A stretch of 60,331 nucleotides of DNA, counting the filler, from Dugesia japonica (taxonomy: Eukaryota): NCBI GenBank assembly GCA_001938525.1. It is 5 parts of 5 records of this genome, joined end to end, with 100 filler letters (N's around TTAATTAATTAA, not from the genome) between each part and the next. Parts side by side here need not be neighbours in the genome. Positions count along the whole stretch, not along the records: positions 1 to 8,408 come from MQRL01618291.1; positions 8,509 to 29,793 come from MQRL01515399.1; 3 more parts are not named here. One strand, written 5' to 3'. Positions 1 to 12,979 of this stretch are shown here, in pieces; positions within the stretch are counted from its first letter, which is position 1; each line of letters starts with the position of its first letter. The notes beneath the pieces were generated by a model that ran no database searches, was not told the DNA's origin, and saw only the letters and a list, made by a program, of their open reading frames with translations. The position numbers were made by a program, and so were the translations under genes.

Positions 1-340
1 GTTCCATGAATTTATGACTTTTATGAAAAATGTTCTATTTTTTTTATAATTTTGTCTAGAAGCGTTCCCAGCTATTATGTTTTTTACAAAATATTGTCAC
101 TACTAGTATGTTTTTTTATGAAAGATTGCATGACCAATAGGCTTTTTATAGAGAAATTGCATGACTTATGTTTTTTATAGAAAATTGTCACTAGTAATGT
201 TTTTTATTGAAAACTTGTATGACCTATGTTTATAGAAAATTATCACTAGTAATATTTTTTTTTAGAAAATTACCTAGTTAATGTTTTTTTTATGAAAAAG
301 TTCTATGTTTTTATTATCTTGTAAAGAAAAGTTTTAATTT
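1..340. repeat. Degenerate tandem repeat (~35-40 bp unit)
   Basis: Recurrent 'tgttttttatagaaaattgtcactagta/gcatgac' units. Confidence 0.6.
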
Positions 341-462
341 GAATATTTTATCATGTAAATATCACAAAGACTTTCCTCTATGAAGTTTTTGGATAGATAT
401 ATTTTAACACGTAAATATCACAAAGACTCCCCCTTTGAACTTTTTTCATGGATATATTTTAA

Positions 463-750
463 TAAATGCAACTCGGAAGCATTACAGCTGCATCACATAT
501 ACAGTAAAAATCACGTGCCTGTGAATTTTTTATTAATAAATGCAATAGGTATGCAACTCAGATGCAACTCAGATGCAACAAACTTATACTGAAAATCACG
601 CGTCTGAAAATTTTTTATAAATTTCTCACCAAAAAATAAAATTTTAAAACTCAATATAGCTGCCATTTTGAAGTTTTTAAATAAATGCAATAGGTATGCA
701 ACTCAGATGCTACTCAGATGCAACACAGATACACTGAAACTCACGTGCCT
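463..750. repeat. Local duplications with an 11-bp ATGCAACTCAG sub-repeat
   Basis: 'aataaatgcaataggtatgcaactcagatgc..atactgaaa.tcacgtg' occurs 2-3 times. Confidence 0.6.
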
Positions 751-959
751 ATTAATTTTAGACTGTCCATTCCTTGCAAAATAACAAGACTGTTCCATCT
801 AAAGCAAAAATGTTTTTTAAGAAATCAATAATGCCTCAATCTTTTACAAAAATAACAAGACTTACCCATCTTAAGTAAAAAATAAAAAAATAATCAAAAA
901 TGCTTCAATCAAGACTGTCCGATATTTTGTAATAATATCTTACACAATATCAAGACTGT

Positions 960-1817
960 CTAGACTTTTCCACTAAACCATCCTTACCATTTAACTGGTT
1001 TCCATCGTAGACCAGATCTGATATTGTTTTCTAGCAGTCCTCAATGATATTCAGATCTCGGCTTTTTGCCGGCCATACCAATACTGATATACCTGATTTC
1101 TTCATAAATTACTGCACTTCATTACTTTTGTGCACCGAAGAATTATCCTCTTGGAACCACCAATTTTCTCTATAATTTAATTTTATTATAGGCACAGCAA
1201 TTTCTGACAAAAACCTTATGTATCCATCAGAATCCATGTTTACTTTCAGGACCTTGAAAGATAGCAGACTGTTTGGCATTGTCATCATCCATACCATGAC
1301 ACTTCCACCTTTGCACTGCCTCTTAATACGTAAACTTGGCGATGATTTGTGTACATAGAATCTCCAATCATCTGGATCATCCAAAGAAAACCGCTTCTCG
1401 TCAGAAAAAAAATTGTGAGATTCCAATTATGATTTAACGAAATCCATGATCTTGTACTTTGCATACGTAATTGCTTTTGGACGGCTGTCAAATGAATTTG
1501 GGATGACATCCTTTTGTAAATAAATATCTCTGTACGGTATTTCTTGATGCATCTAAATCATATTCATCAATTAATTTTGTTGGATTTATCTTTTCTTTGC
1601 TTTCATTAAGAACACAAATCTTCCTTTTTACGCGCTACTTAGACGCCTTATTCATTTTTAACTTCGGTCCTGTCTTCATCGTAATTCTTTTTAATTTGTA
1701 GACGCATAAATTACAGGCTGCATCGCGTGTAATATTTAACCTTGTCCCAATGGCCGAATAACTAAACCCTTCTGTTCTCTATTGAATGGCCAGTTTTCTT
1801 TTAAATATACTGTGCAT
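960..1817 (-). pseudogene. Tc1-family transposase pseudogene
   Basis: N-terminal HTH (GFSYSAIGTRLNITRDAA), FSDEKRF, GGSVMVW, FQEDNSSVH...WPAKSRDLNIIE with 34 residues between D and E; stops and frameshifts. Confidence 0.9.
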
Positions 1818-2029
1818 TATTGAAGTAGAATCTAATATACTTTTAAATCAAATTGTACTTAAATTTACTAAATATGACTACATTATATAAACAAGTATAT
1901 TTAATTAAAAAATTTTAAGATATTTTTAATAAGACTTTTATATCCATATAAAATAAATTAGAAAATTATTTTGATTAAGCATCGATTATAAAAATATTAG
2001 GTGTGTCAAAAGATTTGATCATCAGTATA
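960..2029 (-). mobile_element. Tc1/mariner DD34E transposon, decayed and truncated at its 3' end
   Basis: Transposase remnants on the minus strand plus a Tc1-like terminus TA|TACTGATGATCAAATCTTTTGACACAC ending at ~2027-2029. Confidence 0.8.
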
Positions 2030-2663
2030 TTGGTTTTAAAGTAAAACTAACAAGAAAATAACTAATAAATTCTCACACATATATTTATTAAACATTTTTT
2101 ATAAAATACGAGTGATTTGTATTATTTGTTTCGTTTTAGGTCTCCCAATTCCTCGCTTTGGCACCAGAGGAAGATTGATGTATTTGAGATTTTTTTTAAT
2201 ACATGAGAACATTGTTTTTCTTTTAAATAAAACTTAAATAAGTTTAATACGGTTGATCACTCAAATTTTCTATGATCCACATAATAAAATATTTATCAAC
2301 TATACTGTTTCTGACATACATAGGTTATTCTGCAAATACTAGTTTTGAATACTGGTCATACATTGAAAAAACCTTTTCTATCATTTAAATGAAACCGTTT
2401 AAAAAACCATTAAAGAATTTATTAGGTGAATTTGTAGATGGCGCGTGTCGAAAAGATCCTTGATACCAGTTTTTATTCCTATTAATTTTCAATCTTTCAA
2501 AGTTCGTAAAAAAAGAAGCGCATTGTTTGATTTTTTATTTTTCATACAACCTTTTGTAAATAATCAAAAATATTTCTTCTGTTGGATCCCTTTGAATTAT
2601 ATCAATTTCATGAAAAATCATGCTCGAATAGTTCTTTGTTGTGGCAGCGTCCGTTTGTATCGT

Positions 2664-5016
2664 TATTTACAACATTAAAACGAAAACATTTTAAATTTAG
2701 CGGAAAGTTCAATAAATTAGCGTAAAATTCTTTAAACATTATTAGCATAAAGTTCATTAAATTAGCGTAAATTTAATTAATATTTCTTTAAACAAATGTG
2801 TTTTTAAATACAAAAAAATAATATATTTTTGACCTATTTTCAACTTATTAATAGACCAAGGTTGCAAAGAAATTTTTTTCTTAATACATTTGTTAGGGTG
2901 AAACACCGGGTACGAAGAATAAAAATGGTGGTAGGTAAAGCCGAAAGTAAAAAGATAGTCACCAAATGGGGAAACCAAGAATTCAGATAAAGAGAAGTCA
3001 CAGTTCATTGAAAGAAAGAAATAATTAAAGAAAAAACCAAGAGTGGCAGTTAAAACTAACGTAATAACTAGCAAAATCTAAAGTTACACCAAGAAACAAC
3101 TCAGAAATAAGAAAGCCAAAAAGAAGAAAAGAAGTAATAGAAACTATCAGTCAGATAAATAAAATAATGAATAACAAGTAGTTCATTAGGCAAAGCTAAG
3201 AAAATCATATTGAACTAATAATTGGAGAAAGAAAATAAATTAAAGGAATTAATTAAATTAATTAATTAAAGAAAAAAGACAAACTTCAATTAATTTCAGA
3301 TCAGAAAACGAATAAAATGAAAATCAAATTATTAATTAAGAAGAAAATAAAATAAATAATTTATTTATTTAAAAGAAATAAATCGAACAAATTAAAATGA
3401 TTTTTTTTAAAAGAAAATTAAATATTTTGTGAAATATGGCAAAAACGACGATTTCCAAAAGGAGAAAAATTAGCAATTAAAAAGATTATGGTCAAGAAAA
3501 CATCGGAGATTTCGAAAATCTAAGCTAAAAAATCATAACGGGACTCAGAAAAAAGAAACAAGGGTTTGAATATTGACCAATAATTTTGGAATCCTAAAAT
3601 AACCACCAATAAAAAGAACTCATCTGACGATAAAGCCAATAAAAACATTAGAAAAATCATACGATGTTAAGTAACAAATAATAGTAACGAGGGTGTAAAG
3701 AGAAACAGTATAAAACCGTTTCAATTTTAGACAAAACACACTCATAAAAATTCCGAAGCAAAAACTTAACTCAAAGTCAATCAAACATTTTGAAAAACCA
3801 AACGTGAAGCAAATTCAACTAGAAAATTATTACTTAAAGGTAATTTCTAGTTACCTGATTTCTACAACGGTTGCCGACTCAGAAGAATCTACCAGAGAAT
3901 GGTTGAAGAAGTAATTAATGAGATGATCCCTATGTGCTTGCTCCAGGTCGAGATGTAGTCCATGATAGTTTTTAGTTTTATTGATTTAATTTTAATATAA
4001 TGTGTAATGGATGGAATTAACAATAATACAACTTGCCATAACCGGATTTCTTTTATTTAATGCGATTTAATTTAATTTTTTTGTTAAACTGACACCAGTG
4101 ATTAGAACTAAAATTAACTCATCTTTTTAGGAACTAAGTAATAAGTAAAATCATAAATTAAAAACGTTCATACTAAGAACAACTAATTAGCATATTATGG
4201 TTCTCCATTCATGATAAATTAAAACCGGGATTTTTCAACTAGATTAACTCCTCTTTTCTAGTAAGCAGTACCCCTCATGTAGTGTTATTGACTCGAAATA
4301 ATGATGAAATAATAATGAAATAATAATGGTATAGGTGACAAATCATGCGGATGTAATTAACAGTTTTTTGACAATATTTAATTGATCACAAGGAGGAATA
4401 TGAGTTATTTTTCCTGTTATAAAACCTGGGCCTCAGGATAACACTAAGCTCACATGGCACTTAACTGTCGCTCATGACTTTTAAATTTTACCACAATATT
4501 CTTCACTTTAATTACTCGATCACATACTCAAACTCCCACTCATCATAACGGGTATTGATATGGAGAAACATTGATTAGAGATAGATATTCAATGCAAAGT
4601 ACTGACACCATTGACCAATAGAGATTAAGTAGTTCTAAAGTTCAAGCAAGTATTATGAAATATGAACCCAAACAAAAGGAATGCGAGTCTATATTTGAAT
4701 TCTGAGTCAACGGCTCCATTTCAAAGATCTGGGCTTTTGGGGACACCAGATTAAATTCTTTGCAGGGTTTTACTAGATCGATCACCCTAGACATAATGAC
4801 AAAAAAACCAACCCACTTAGTTAAAACCCCAACACATTTAAATAAATAAATAAATTAAAAAATAATAAACCAAACCTTTAACTGTAAATAAGAAATAATT
4901 ATTAAATTTACGCTAATTTAATGAAATTTAAGCCAATTTAATGGCCTTTACGCTAATAATTTTTATTTAATTTTACGCTAAATTTAAAATGTTTTCGTTT
5001 TAATGTTTTAAATAGC
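2664..5016. mobile_element. Non-coding element with ~120-bp terminal inverted repeats
   Basis: 2671 aacattaaaacgaaaacattttaaatttagcg is the reverse complement of cgctaaatttaaaatgttttcgttttaatgtt ending ~5007; the interior recurs inverted at ~24780-26010. Confidence 0.7.
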
Positions 5017-5646
5017 CATTTATGATAATAATTTAAAATTTATAGAAAAAAGTAAGATTTTTATTAAAAATTTAGAAAATATTTGAAATTTTAATAACAA
5101 ATTTAGACAATGTTTGAAAAAAATATAAAATGAAAATCAATTGGATAACCTGTGATTATGAAGAAAAGTGGCTTAAAAATGGCTTATGGAGACAAAGACA
5201 TTTCAAAAGAAATAAGAAATGTAATGTATTTACTTACCAATCTACACAACAGCTTTGTGATTACAAGATTAGGAAGACTATTGACCAAAACGGTAACATT
5301 GCTTTTTCTCAATCTCATCTCAATAATCATTCTTGCACGTTATGAAATGATAAAATAGTACAGTGTAAGGTTAATGATGCAATATTTAAGACAATTGTTT
5401 TGTCATTTGTGTTTGAAGAAACGTAGGAGCTTTTATATAATATATTCGATAAATTTATTGATTTTTCTTTGTTTAGAAAATGTGTGTTTTAATTTACAAA
5501 CTCTTACAGCGGATCTTGCACCACAGTTTGATTCTCTAATGAAGAATAAATTTAGAGATAGCTCAAGATTGCATTGTTCGTTTCATGTTAAGGGAACGAT
5601 ACAAAAGGACGCTGCTACAACAAAAAACTATTCGAGCATGATTCTT

Positions 5647-5995
5647 AGTAGATGGCATAATTACGCTTTTAAGCCAAGATCGTAGCTTCAAGTTGTGCAT
5701 TTGATATAAAATACTTATTTTGAGCATAAACGATACCAGTAAAACGGAAATCATTACTAGGGGAACAGAAATCAAGCAGTGCTTATATAGGATAAAAAGA
5801 GGGTAATCATTACCAGTACAACAAAGTTAGATACAAATGGAATGGTTTTAAAAATAAAAAAACCAAGGGTTTTATCTTTAGCTTGTGTTTTTGGCTTGTA
5901 TTTTGTCTTAGATTTGTATATTAGATTTTTGGTTTAATATTATCGCACATTTAGGAAATACACGTCGACTTAAAACCGTAATTATCCCATCTACT
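5647..5995. mobile_element. ~350-bp element bounded by AGTAGATGG...CCATCTACT inverted termini (Polinton-like AG..CT ends)
   Basis: agtagatggcataattacgcttttaag versus cttaaaaccgtaattatcccatctact; no target-site duplication (TSD) recognised. Confidence 0.6.
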
Positions 5996-6059
5996 TGTAA
6001 TTAGATTTTTTGTTTATTTTTATTATTTTTAAAATATAATCAAATAATTAAATAATAAA

Positions 6060-6370
6060 ATGAAAGAATATACTTGTAATAATTGTAAAAAAATTTTGAT
6101 GGTAAAGCAAAATTATATGAACATTTAGATAGAAATCGTTTTGACTTAAACTATTGTAAAATTGTTTTAACTTTTGAATGGCATTGTGGTTATTGTGATC
6201 AAAAATTTAAGATTAGTAAAAATAAATTTAAAAACATAAAAAATTATGTCTTATAAATAAATTTAAACCTCCAGGTGATGTATACACTAAAGAGGAAATT
6301 GAAGAAATTCATAAATCTAATATTAAAAATTTTACATGTATGAATAATCATCAATATTATGAAAAATAGT
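6060..6370 (+). pseudogene. Small Zn-finger protein remnant
   Basis: MKEYTCNNCKK..(frameshift)..KLYEHL..WHCGYCDQKF. Confidence 0.5.
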
Positions 6371-6958
6371 TTTTGTTATTTTAAATATTTAAAATTAAAA
6401 TAAAATAAAAAATAGAACTGTTCAATAACAAAAATACAAAATTAAATAAAAATGTAAACAAAACACATAAAAATACAACTGTAAGTAGAAATGCTAACAC
6501 AAACGCAAATAAAAGTTTAAACTTCACAACAAATAGAATACAGATATAAATAAATTTTTTTGTTATTTTTTATTTTGTTAGTTAGAAAAATGGAAGAGTT
6601 TATTGAAGATATAAAACAAGATCCAAAATTGATGAATAATCTAAAACATGATTATATTCAAGTTATGAATTCTACTCCCCAAGAAAAAACTTTAACATTA
6701 AAAGTAGTTTATCCTAAATTTAAATTATTTGAAGAAACTAAATTTAGTTGGAAATACAATTTATGATTTTTCGATTGAAAATGAAACTTTAAAAGAGGAA
6801 TTAGACAAAGAGAATGAATATGATGAAGAGAAAATAAATAGATTAACTTCTTTAAAGAAAACTGAACAAGATGTAAATAAAAATAAAATAATATTAAATG
6901 CTTAAAGAAAAACAAATAATAAAACAAAACAATTACTTAAATAAAATTACTCTAGAAA

Positions 6959-7171
6959 ATGCCTGTAGAAATAAATACAAAAGAAATAATTGGTTATATA
7001 AAAGATATTGATAATTTAAATAAAAAATGTGAATATCAAAAAAATACAATAATATTTTTAGTAATTATTATTTGTGTAATTATTAGTATAATTCCATATT
7101 TATATATTCCTTTAATATTTTCTTGTATAATTTTAATTGTAAATTCTTATTTTATTACTACTGAAAAATGA
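6959..7171 (+). CDS. Small membrane protein with two hydrophobic segments
   Basis: 70-aa ORF with IIFLVIIICVIISIIPYLYIPLIFSCIILIV; its stop overlaps the next ATG (ATGA). Confidence 0.5.
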   Translation: MPVEINTKEIIGYIKDIDNLNKKCEYQKNTIIFLVIIICVIISIIPYLYIPLIFSCIILIVNSYFITTEK

Positions 7172-7716
7172 CTACAGAGAGTAAAAAAGATTTATGTGAA
7201 AATGCTGTTGATTATATTAATTGTGCAAATATCTTTGATTCAAAGTTATTAAATAAATCTCAAAAGATTTGCTTAGCCACTAAATATCAAGAATTATGTT
7301 TTAAAAATCCAAATTAAAAAGATTCTATTATTGCTAAAGAAATGGGGATGTTTGTTCAAATGTTGAATAAAAGTTTAAGAGAATTAAATTTGAAACCTGA
7401 TAGAAAAAGATATCATCTAGTAAAATATTCTTTTGATGATAAATCTCAACAATATATTAAAAACAATTATGGAGATTATGTTTTTAATGTTAAAACAAAT
7501 TCTTTTGAAATTCTAGAAATTTCACAAAAAGAAAGTTTGACAGATAAAAGAAATAATTTAGCATTATCAAAATCAAAAAGTAACTCAAGTATATCAAATA
7601 AATCAATAAGTAAAAAATCAAGAAAAATAGTTTGTAATGAAAGTGGTGGTGGATATTTAGATGGTGAAAAAGATAATGAATTAAACAAAGCATTAAACTT
7701 CAAAGCCAAAACATAG
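7168..7716 (+). pseudogene. Putative HTH DNA-binding protein with one in-frame stop
   Basis: ATG 7168 is in frame with ORF 7342; motif IAKEMGMFVQMLNKSLRELNL is HTH-like; basic Ser/Lys tail. Confidence 0.5.
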
Positions 7717-7755
7717 CCAAAAGTTAGCCAAATACGTAAATATTGACTTTATAAA

Positions 7756-7989
7756 ATGAATTTTGGAAATGAAAACAGTAGTTTGTCTAAACAAGATTTA
7801 ATAAATATTGAAACTGGATATCAGAAAGAAAGAAAATATCCAGGATTTAAACTTTCATTGATTAAATATGAAGATGATGATGGTGATTTAATTATTTCAA
7901 ATGAGGATTGTATAAATATTGCTAAAAGAATAAAAGAAAATACTGATAATTTATGTGAAAGATTAAAAAATATAAATAACCATCTTTAA
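7756..7989 (+). CDS. Viral accessory protein, homolog of 16819-17160
   Basis: PGFKLSLIKYEDDDGDLIISNEDCINIAKRIKENTD versus PGIKLSLIKYEDDDDLIISNMDSINIAKKMKENTD. Confidence 0.7.
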   Translation: MNFGNENSSLSKQDLINIETGYQKERKYPGFKLSLIKYEDDDGDLIISNEDCINIAKRIKENTDNLCERLKNINNHL

Positions 7990-8029
7990 AGCAGGTGAAA
8001 TCTATCTGACTAAATTATATATACTTAAA

Positions 8030-8408
8030 ATGACTAGCGAATTAGTCTGTCCAAACAATCTTTTTAAAAAGATTTTTAAAAATAAATCAGGTTTAACATA
8101 TCATATTAGATCTCAATATTGTGTTCTACATAGAGTGAGATTTACTTGCTCACGATGTCTAAACACATTTCGATCTATGAGTAGTTTTAGAGAACATGTG
8201 AATTCTACAATTTGTGGAATTGCACATAATGTACCATTATATTGTAAAATTTGCAAGAAAAGGTTTTTGTATCAAAACCATGCAAAAGCTCATTACAATT
8301 CAAAGAAACGTAAAGATGTGGTTAACAAATTTTTATTTGATAAACTTCCTCGTGAAGAAGCAATTGATTATGATCCCAAAATTTGTGACATCTTTGGAAT
8401 GTACAAGG
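8030..8408 (+). CDS. Triple C2H2-type zinc-finger protein (truncated by gap)
   Basis: FKNKSGLTYHIRSQY, CSRCLNTFRSMSSFREH, CKICKKRFLYQNHAKAHYNS; homolog of 17217-17633. Confidence 0.75.
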
Positions 8409-8508
8409 NNNNNNNNNNNNNNNNNNNNNNNNNNNNNNNNNNNNNNNNNNNNTTAATTAATTAANNNNNNNNNNNNNNNNNNNNNNNNNNNNNNNNNNNN
8501 NNNNNNNN
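8409..8508. other. Artificial contig spacer (44N-TTAATTAATTAA-44N)
   Basis: Exactly 100 bp with a six-frame stop linker; four identical copies in the window. Confidence 0.95.
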
Positions 8509-8844
8509 TTTAAATAATTTTAAAATAAATAATTTTAAATAATTTTAGAATAAATAATTTTCTATATTTTTAAAAATAAATAATTTTAAATAATTTTAAA
8601 ATGAAAAATTTTCGAGAATTACAAATATTTTTAAAAAAAGAATTAGTGAAAGAAAGAGCTAGTGAAAAATAAGAGTTTTAATATTGCAATATTGTGATAT
8701 TAATAAAAATTGAATTTTCTGATTTAAATAAATTTAATTTAATTTAAAAAAATTATACTTTAAACAAACCAATAAAATTTTGATAAAAGATTAACAATTT
8801 TGTAGTAAAAAAATAATGTTCATTTGAATCTACCAGAAAGCCAT

Positions 8845-8976
8845 CATTCCTAAAGAAGACAAGTGTCAAAAATTTGAATTTCTTTACAAATACATTTATT
8901 TTGATCGAAGCTTAATGAAATCTCAAATTCAATCAATGGTTAAGTCCAACAATTATTTTCACCATAATTGTAATTA
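8845..8976 (+). repeat. Penelope-type dispersed repeat, hammerhead core degenerate
   Basis: attcctaaagaagacaagtgtcaaaa...ttgatcgaagctt...aatggttaagtccaacaattatt, matching the 27351-27505 copy. Confidence 0.65.
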
Positions 8977-9719
8977 TAATACAGTAGTTTGTTTAATTGT
9001 ACAATTTATAATAAATTCAATGTCAAGTAGATTTTCTGTTCAATCTATAAATTGATTCTCTCTAATTTTCATTGAAATTGGATCTGTCGCTCAATAATAT
9101 NATTAGTCTGATGNTGATANGGGCTAGAGTATCGCATTTCTATTTCATATTTCTTAGCTAGTTCAAGTATTNCATTTGATTCAAACACTTTACCCCGATN
9201 ACATTTTATAGTTCTTGGANCCTCACCTTTCAAAATTCATTTTTCAAATAATGATACATAAAAATTTAACGATTTAGATGATAATGCTATTAGTTTGATG
9301 ATAATAATGATAATTTGTTTATAAACTTGATAATAATTTTATAATAGTGTTACTACTAGTAATAAATCATATACATTTTTATTATTTAAAATAATGCTAA
9401 TTGTTTTGATCAAAATAACGTCATGCAAATTGATCTAAATTGTGTAATTAATAATTAATTTCAAGTATTACTTTTACTATTATTTAATGTTAATACATTG
9501 ATCTAAAATTTGCTCACATTAAAATATTTTAATATAATACGTAATTATCAAAAATGAATTTGAATAACCAAGCAATAACGAATAATCTAGTGTCGGGTAT
9601 TAACGAAATGATTAAGATAAGTGATACAACTTTTATCATATCAATTATATCCGATGAATATAGCTATCAATAACAGTAGATAAAAGTATACATTAAATGG
9701 ATCAAATTAAATAATACTT

Positions 9720-10370
9720 ACTATCATCAATTTCACTTTTTAGGTCTTTTATTTCTGAATTAATTTCTGGGTATTTTATAACTTCATCGGGTAATTTCAA
9801 CGTGAGGGTCGCAGAATTTATCAATTTCTTTTTTCTGGCTTCTGAATAATTAATATTCCTTAAAAATATAAAATTAAAAATTGCATACCAATTTCAACAA
9901 TCGCACTAGTAAAATCTATTTGATCTAAAATTCCTTTTCCATGTTTATCTTTAATTTCTTTCCAAAATAAGTTATCAATAGAATTAACCTAATATTAATA
10001 TTTAGTTAAGATAACTATGATTTCATTTTACTTGAATAGATACATTAATTGATATTCTTAAAGAATTTGGTGGTACAGAAAGCATGATATTTTTATCTAC
10101 CATGCTTGTTAATTGATTCCCTTCCTTCGTAATAATTGTTATATCTTTGATTGTTGATGAAACAACAGTAAAAGTTCCATGTGGTTTAAAAATTCTTGTC
10201 TCAACAAAACTAAAATTGTTTTCTTTTATTTGGTCAGAAGTTATTATATTTGTATTACACTCAATCCATTTGTTTAGTTCATCGTTTTTCATTAATATTA
10301 TTGGTTGCTTGGCTTTAGATAAAATTGGATAATAGGGTATCGATATAAACCAAGGATTTTCGAACTGAAA
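9720..10370 (-). CDS. Exons of a spliced host gene, possibly ZU5-domain (DTHD1/PIDD-like)
   Basis: Open exons with GT-AG boundaries (~10030-10370, ~9890-9988, ~9730-9858); LSVPPNSLRISINVSIQ looks ZU5-like. Confidence 0.4.
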
Positions 10371-11589
10371 CTGAAAAGAATTTTAACGAAATAATGAATA
10401 TTATTTAAATTGCTATAATTCTAACAATAACTTTAAAATGACAAAATNNNNNNNNNNNNNNNNNNNNNAAAAAATCATGATTATTTAATATAGTTTAATT
10501 GAATAGTAATATAAACTTTTCATTTCTATTTTTATGTATAAAATATTCTTATAATAATTTATTTCATACACAAGTTGACCGGTATTTACACAATTATTGC
10601 GAGACAAAAAAATACTTGCAATTAAAAGATGTTGTTCAAACATTCAATAATAATGTATAAAAGTATTGACGCTATTCATAAATAAACTAGGTTTCCATTT
10701 CTACAGATTATTGGCTAAGTGTTTTCGTATATTTATCTGAATACCTATTAGTCGTTTTAATCTCATTTTTTCTAATTGTCTCACTTTTAATAATCCTAAT
10801 TTGAAAATAATTCCTCTAGATCATTTCCTTCAGTCTATTATAATACAATATACTCATTAATTATTTTGTTATAACAAACGGACCGATATAATTCTTTAAT
10901 GAATTTTAGGGAATAACCGGTTAATTATACACATATTTTCAGTTAATATAAAAAATTCCTTTGAAAATAGATCATATGATCAATTAATGTTCCTATTTAT
11001 TATCTACTTGTAACATTAATTTATGCAATCATTAAATTTCTAACCTTTCAAATTAATTAACTACTTAAATCTTCACAGAAATTTTATGTTTTATTAATTA
11101 TTTTACTTTGATTGAATAAAATTTTCAAATTAATGAAACAGTACATTTACCACCAGTAAAGAGTGAAAATCAGCAAAAAGTAGAAGAAAATTATTAATGT
11201 TAGAGAAAACCAAATGAAAAGGGAAGACTAACAAAGAGCGAGAAAACTAGTAAAGGGTGAAGACCAGTGAGGATCGGGAAAACCAATGATAACTAAACAT
11301 GAGCACACAGTGAGCAGAGTATTGATAACTGAGGACTAGTGAACAGTAGGAAAATCAATAAATGAGAGAAAAGACCAATGAAGAGTAAATTATCATCTAA
11401 AGGAGTAAAAACTAGTCAAAACATGGACTAGTTGAATAATAATCTTGACCTAGAGCATCTAATTTTAACATTAATACTGCTCAGAATCATCCATTATTTA
11501 ATATTACTAGAAAACAACCAATACGAAGTACTTGCTTTTTGATTTATTTGATTAAGGATAATTTTCGATTATTATACTAATATTAATGA

Positions 11590-12700
11590 ATTTTATGTTT
11601 GTTTAATCACATTAAATTAGTTAAAAAGCATGTGTGTAATCATTTTATATGAACACGTACTACAACTTTTCGGTGAGAAACCCATAGTAAATACTCGAAT
11701 TTTTTAATTTATTTCATAAGGGATATAGTTTGATGATATTAGTCCATATTAATAACGATCTTTCAAATATTTTTATTGATATATGATCTTGAAGTATGAA
11801 TATAGAAATGTCGATTTTAATCGTGAACACTTTCAAATACCAACGAAAATGTTTGCTAAAGCTGCCACGGATTTGTAGAAAATTTCTAACTCAGTACAGT
11901 ATCCTTTGCAGAAAATTCTCGAGTAGCGAACGTTTATTCATTCTAAGATCACATTTGCGTTCAGGAACTTTAACATTCTTCTAGAAAAGTTTGATTGCAA
12001 CGAACATTTTGAAAATGATATCCTTATTAGATTTTGAGGTATTCATAAGACCATTCGTTCCGGCATTCGTCACATTTTATCTGTTCTAACTACTGCTACT
12101 TCTGACTAATTATATAATTTCCGTAAACTAGAAGAAATTGGGTTAACTTCTGCAAGGAACGAGTATTCCGTACAATCTCTAGTTAAAGCGGTCATAATAA
12201 TTGCTTGCACTGATTGTACGTGATGTGGTAAGCAACGATCTTGTCCATGCTGCAACTAAGCATTTCAAGCGATTCAAACTGTGTTGCATATATGAAGCAC
12301 TTGATTGGCTCTCAATAGATACCACTAAATCAAATCTTATATGTTGATGATCTAAGGTTCATGATGTAATTGCTCATCTTTATAGATTGTACTACATACA
12401 AATTAAGTTCAAACTGAACGAACTTGGTATTTGTATATACAGATAGTCGATTGCATTTTTGAAGGAAATTATTTTATTATTTTCAAGGACCGGAGAAGTC
12501 TGACCAAGTTGCTTCACAATCTTTTGAGTTGGGCTCACACGAGAAATTGTAACAGTAAATAACTAATCAAGTCTGCTATTACTAAGACAATTTCTTACTA
12601 AATCACCCAAAAATCAACATTCTCGAAAAATTAGCGCATCAAATCTTCCAAAAAAGTTTCAAATTATTCGGTGAACTATTCAAAAATATGAGCAAAAGTT
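11590..12700 (-). pseudogene. Highly decayed coding-like stretch, possibly a transposase
   Basis: Raised GC relative to the flanks and many stops; no secure catalytic motif. Confidence 0.25.
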
Positions 12701-12979
12701 ATGTAATCCACACAAATTTACTCGTTGCCAAAAAAGCATAAATTCTATACCACTATGTAAAAATTACGTAATACACAGAAATTTGTGTCACCGCCTATTT
12801 ACATTGGAAAGTTATATAAAATTTTTTAACACGGGGTAGGAGTATTTGTGTATTGGTTAAGTGTGCCTCTATCTATAAACTATAAATACAAAGATCCACA
12901 AAACATTTAATTCAAAACAATTCTTTAAATGATTTTTTTCTATTCGTATTCTTTGAACACGTGGTGGTTTGCCACTCAA

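Larger units (their letters stand above)
6060..8408 (+). mobile_element. Partial endogenous Polinton/adintovirus-like element (accessory gene module), cut by the block end
   Basis: Compact intronless small ORFs, each preceded by AAAATG; the last two ORFs are clear homologs of 16819-17160 and 17217-17633. Confidence 0.7.

Noticed and set aside
2445-2678. Shared peptide KNHARIV.CC.SV.LYR in ORFs 2445 and 5563
   Set aside because: Explained by the DNA inverted repeat, not by a protein family.
8453-8464. TTAATTAATTAA as a biological motif (e.g. piggyBac TTAA sites)
   Set aside because: Always flanked by exactly 44 N on each side; an artificial linker.
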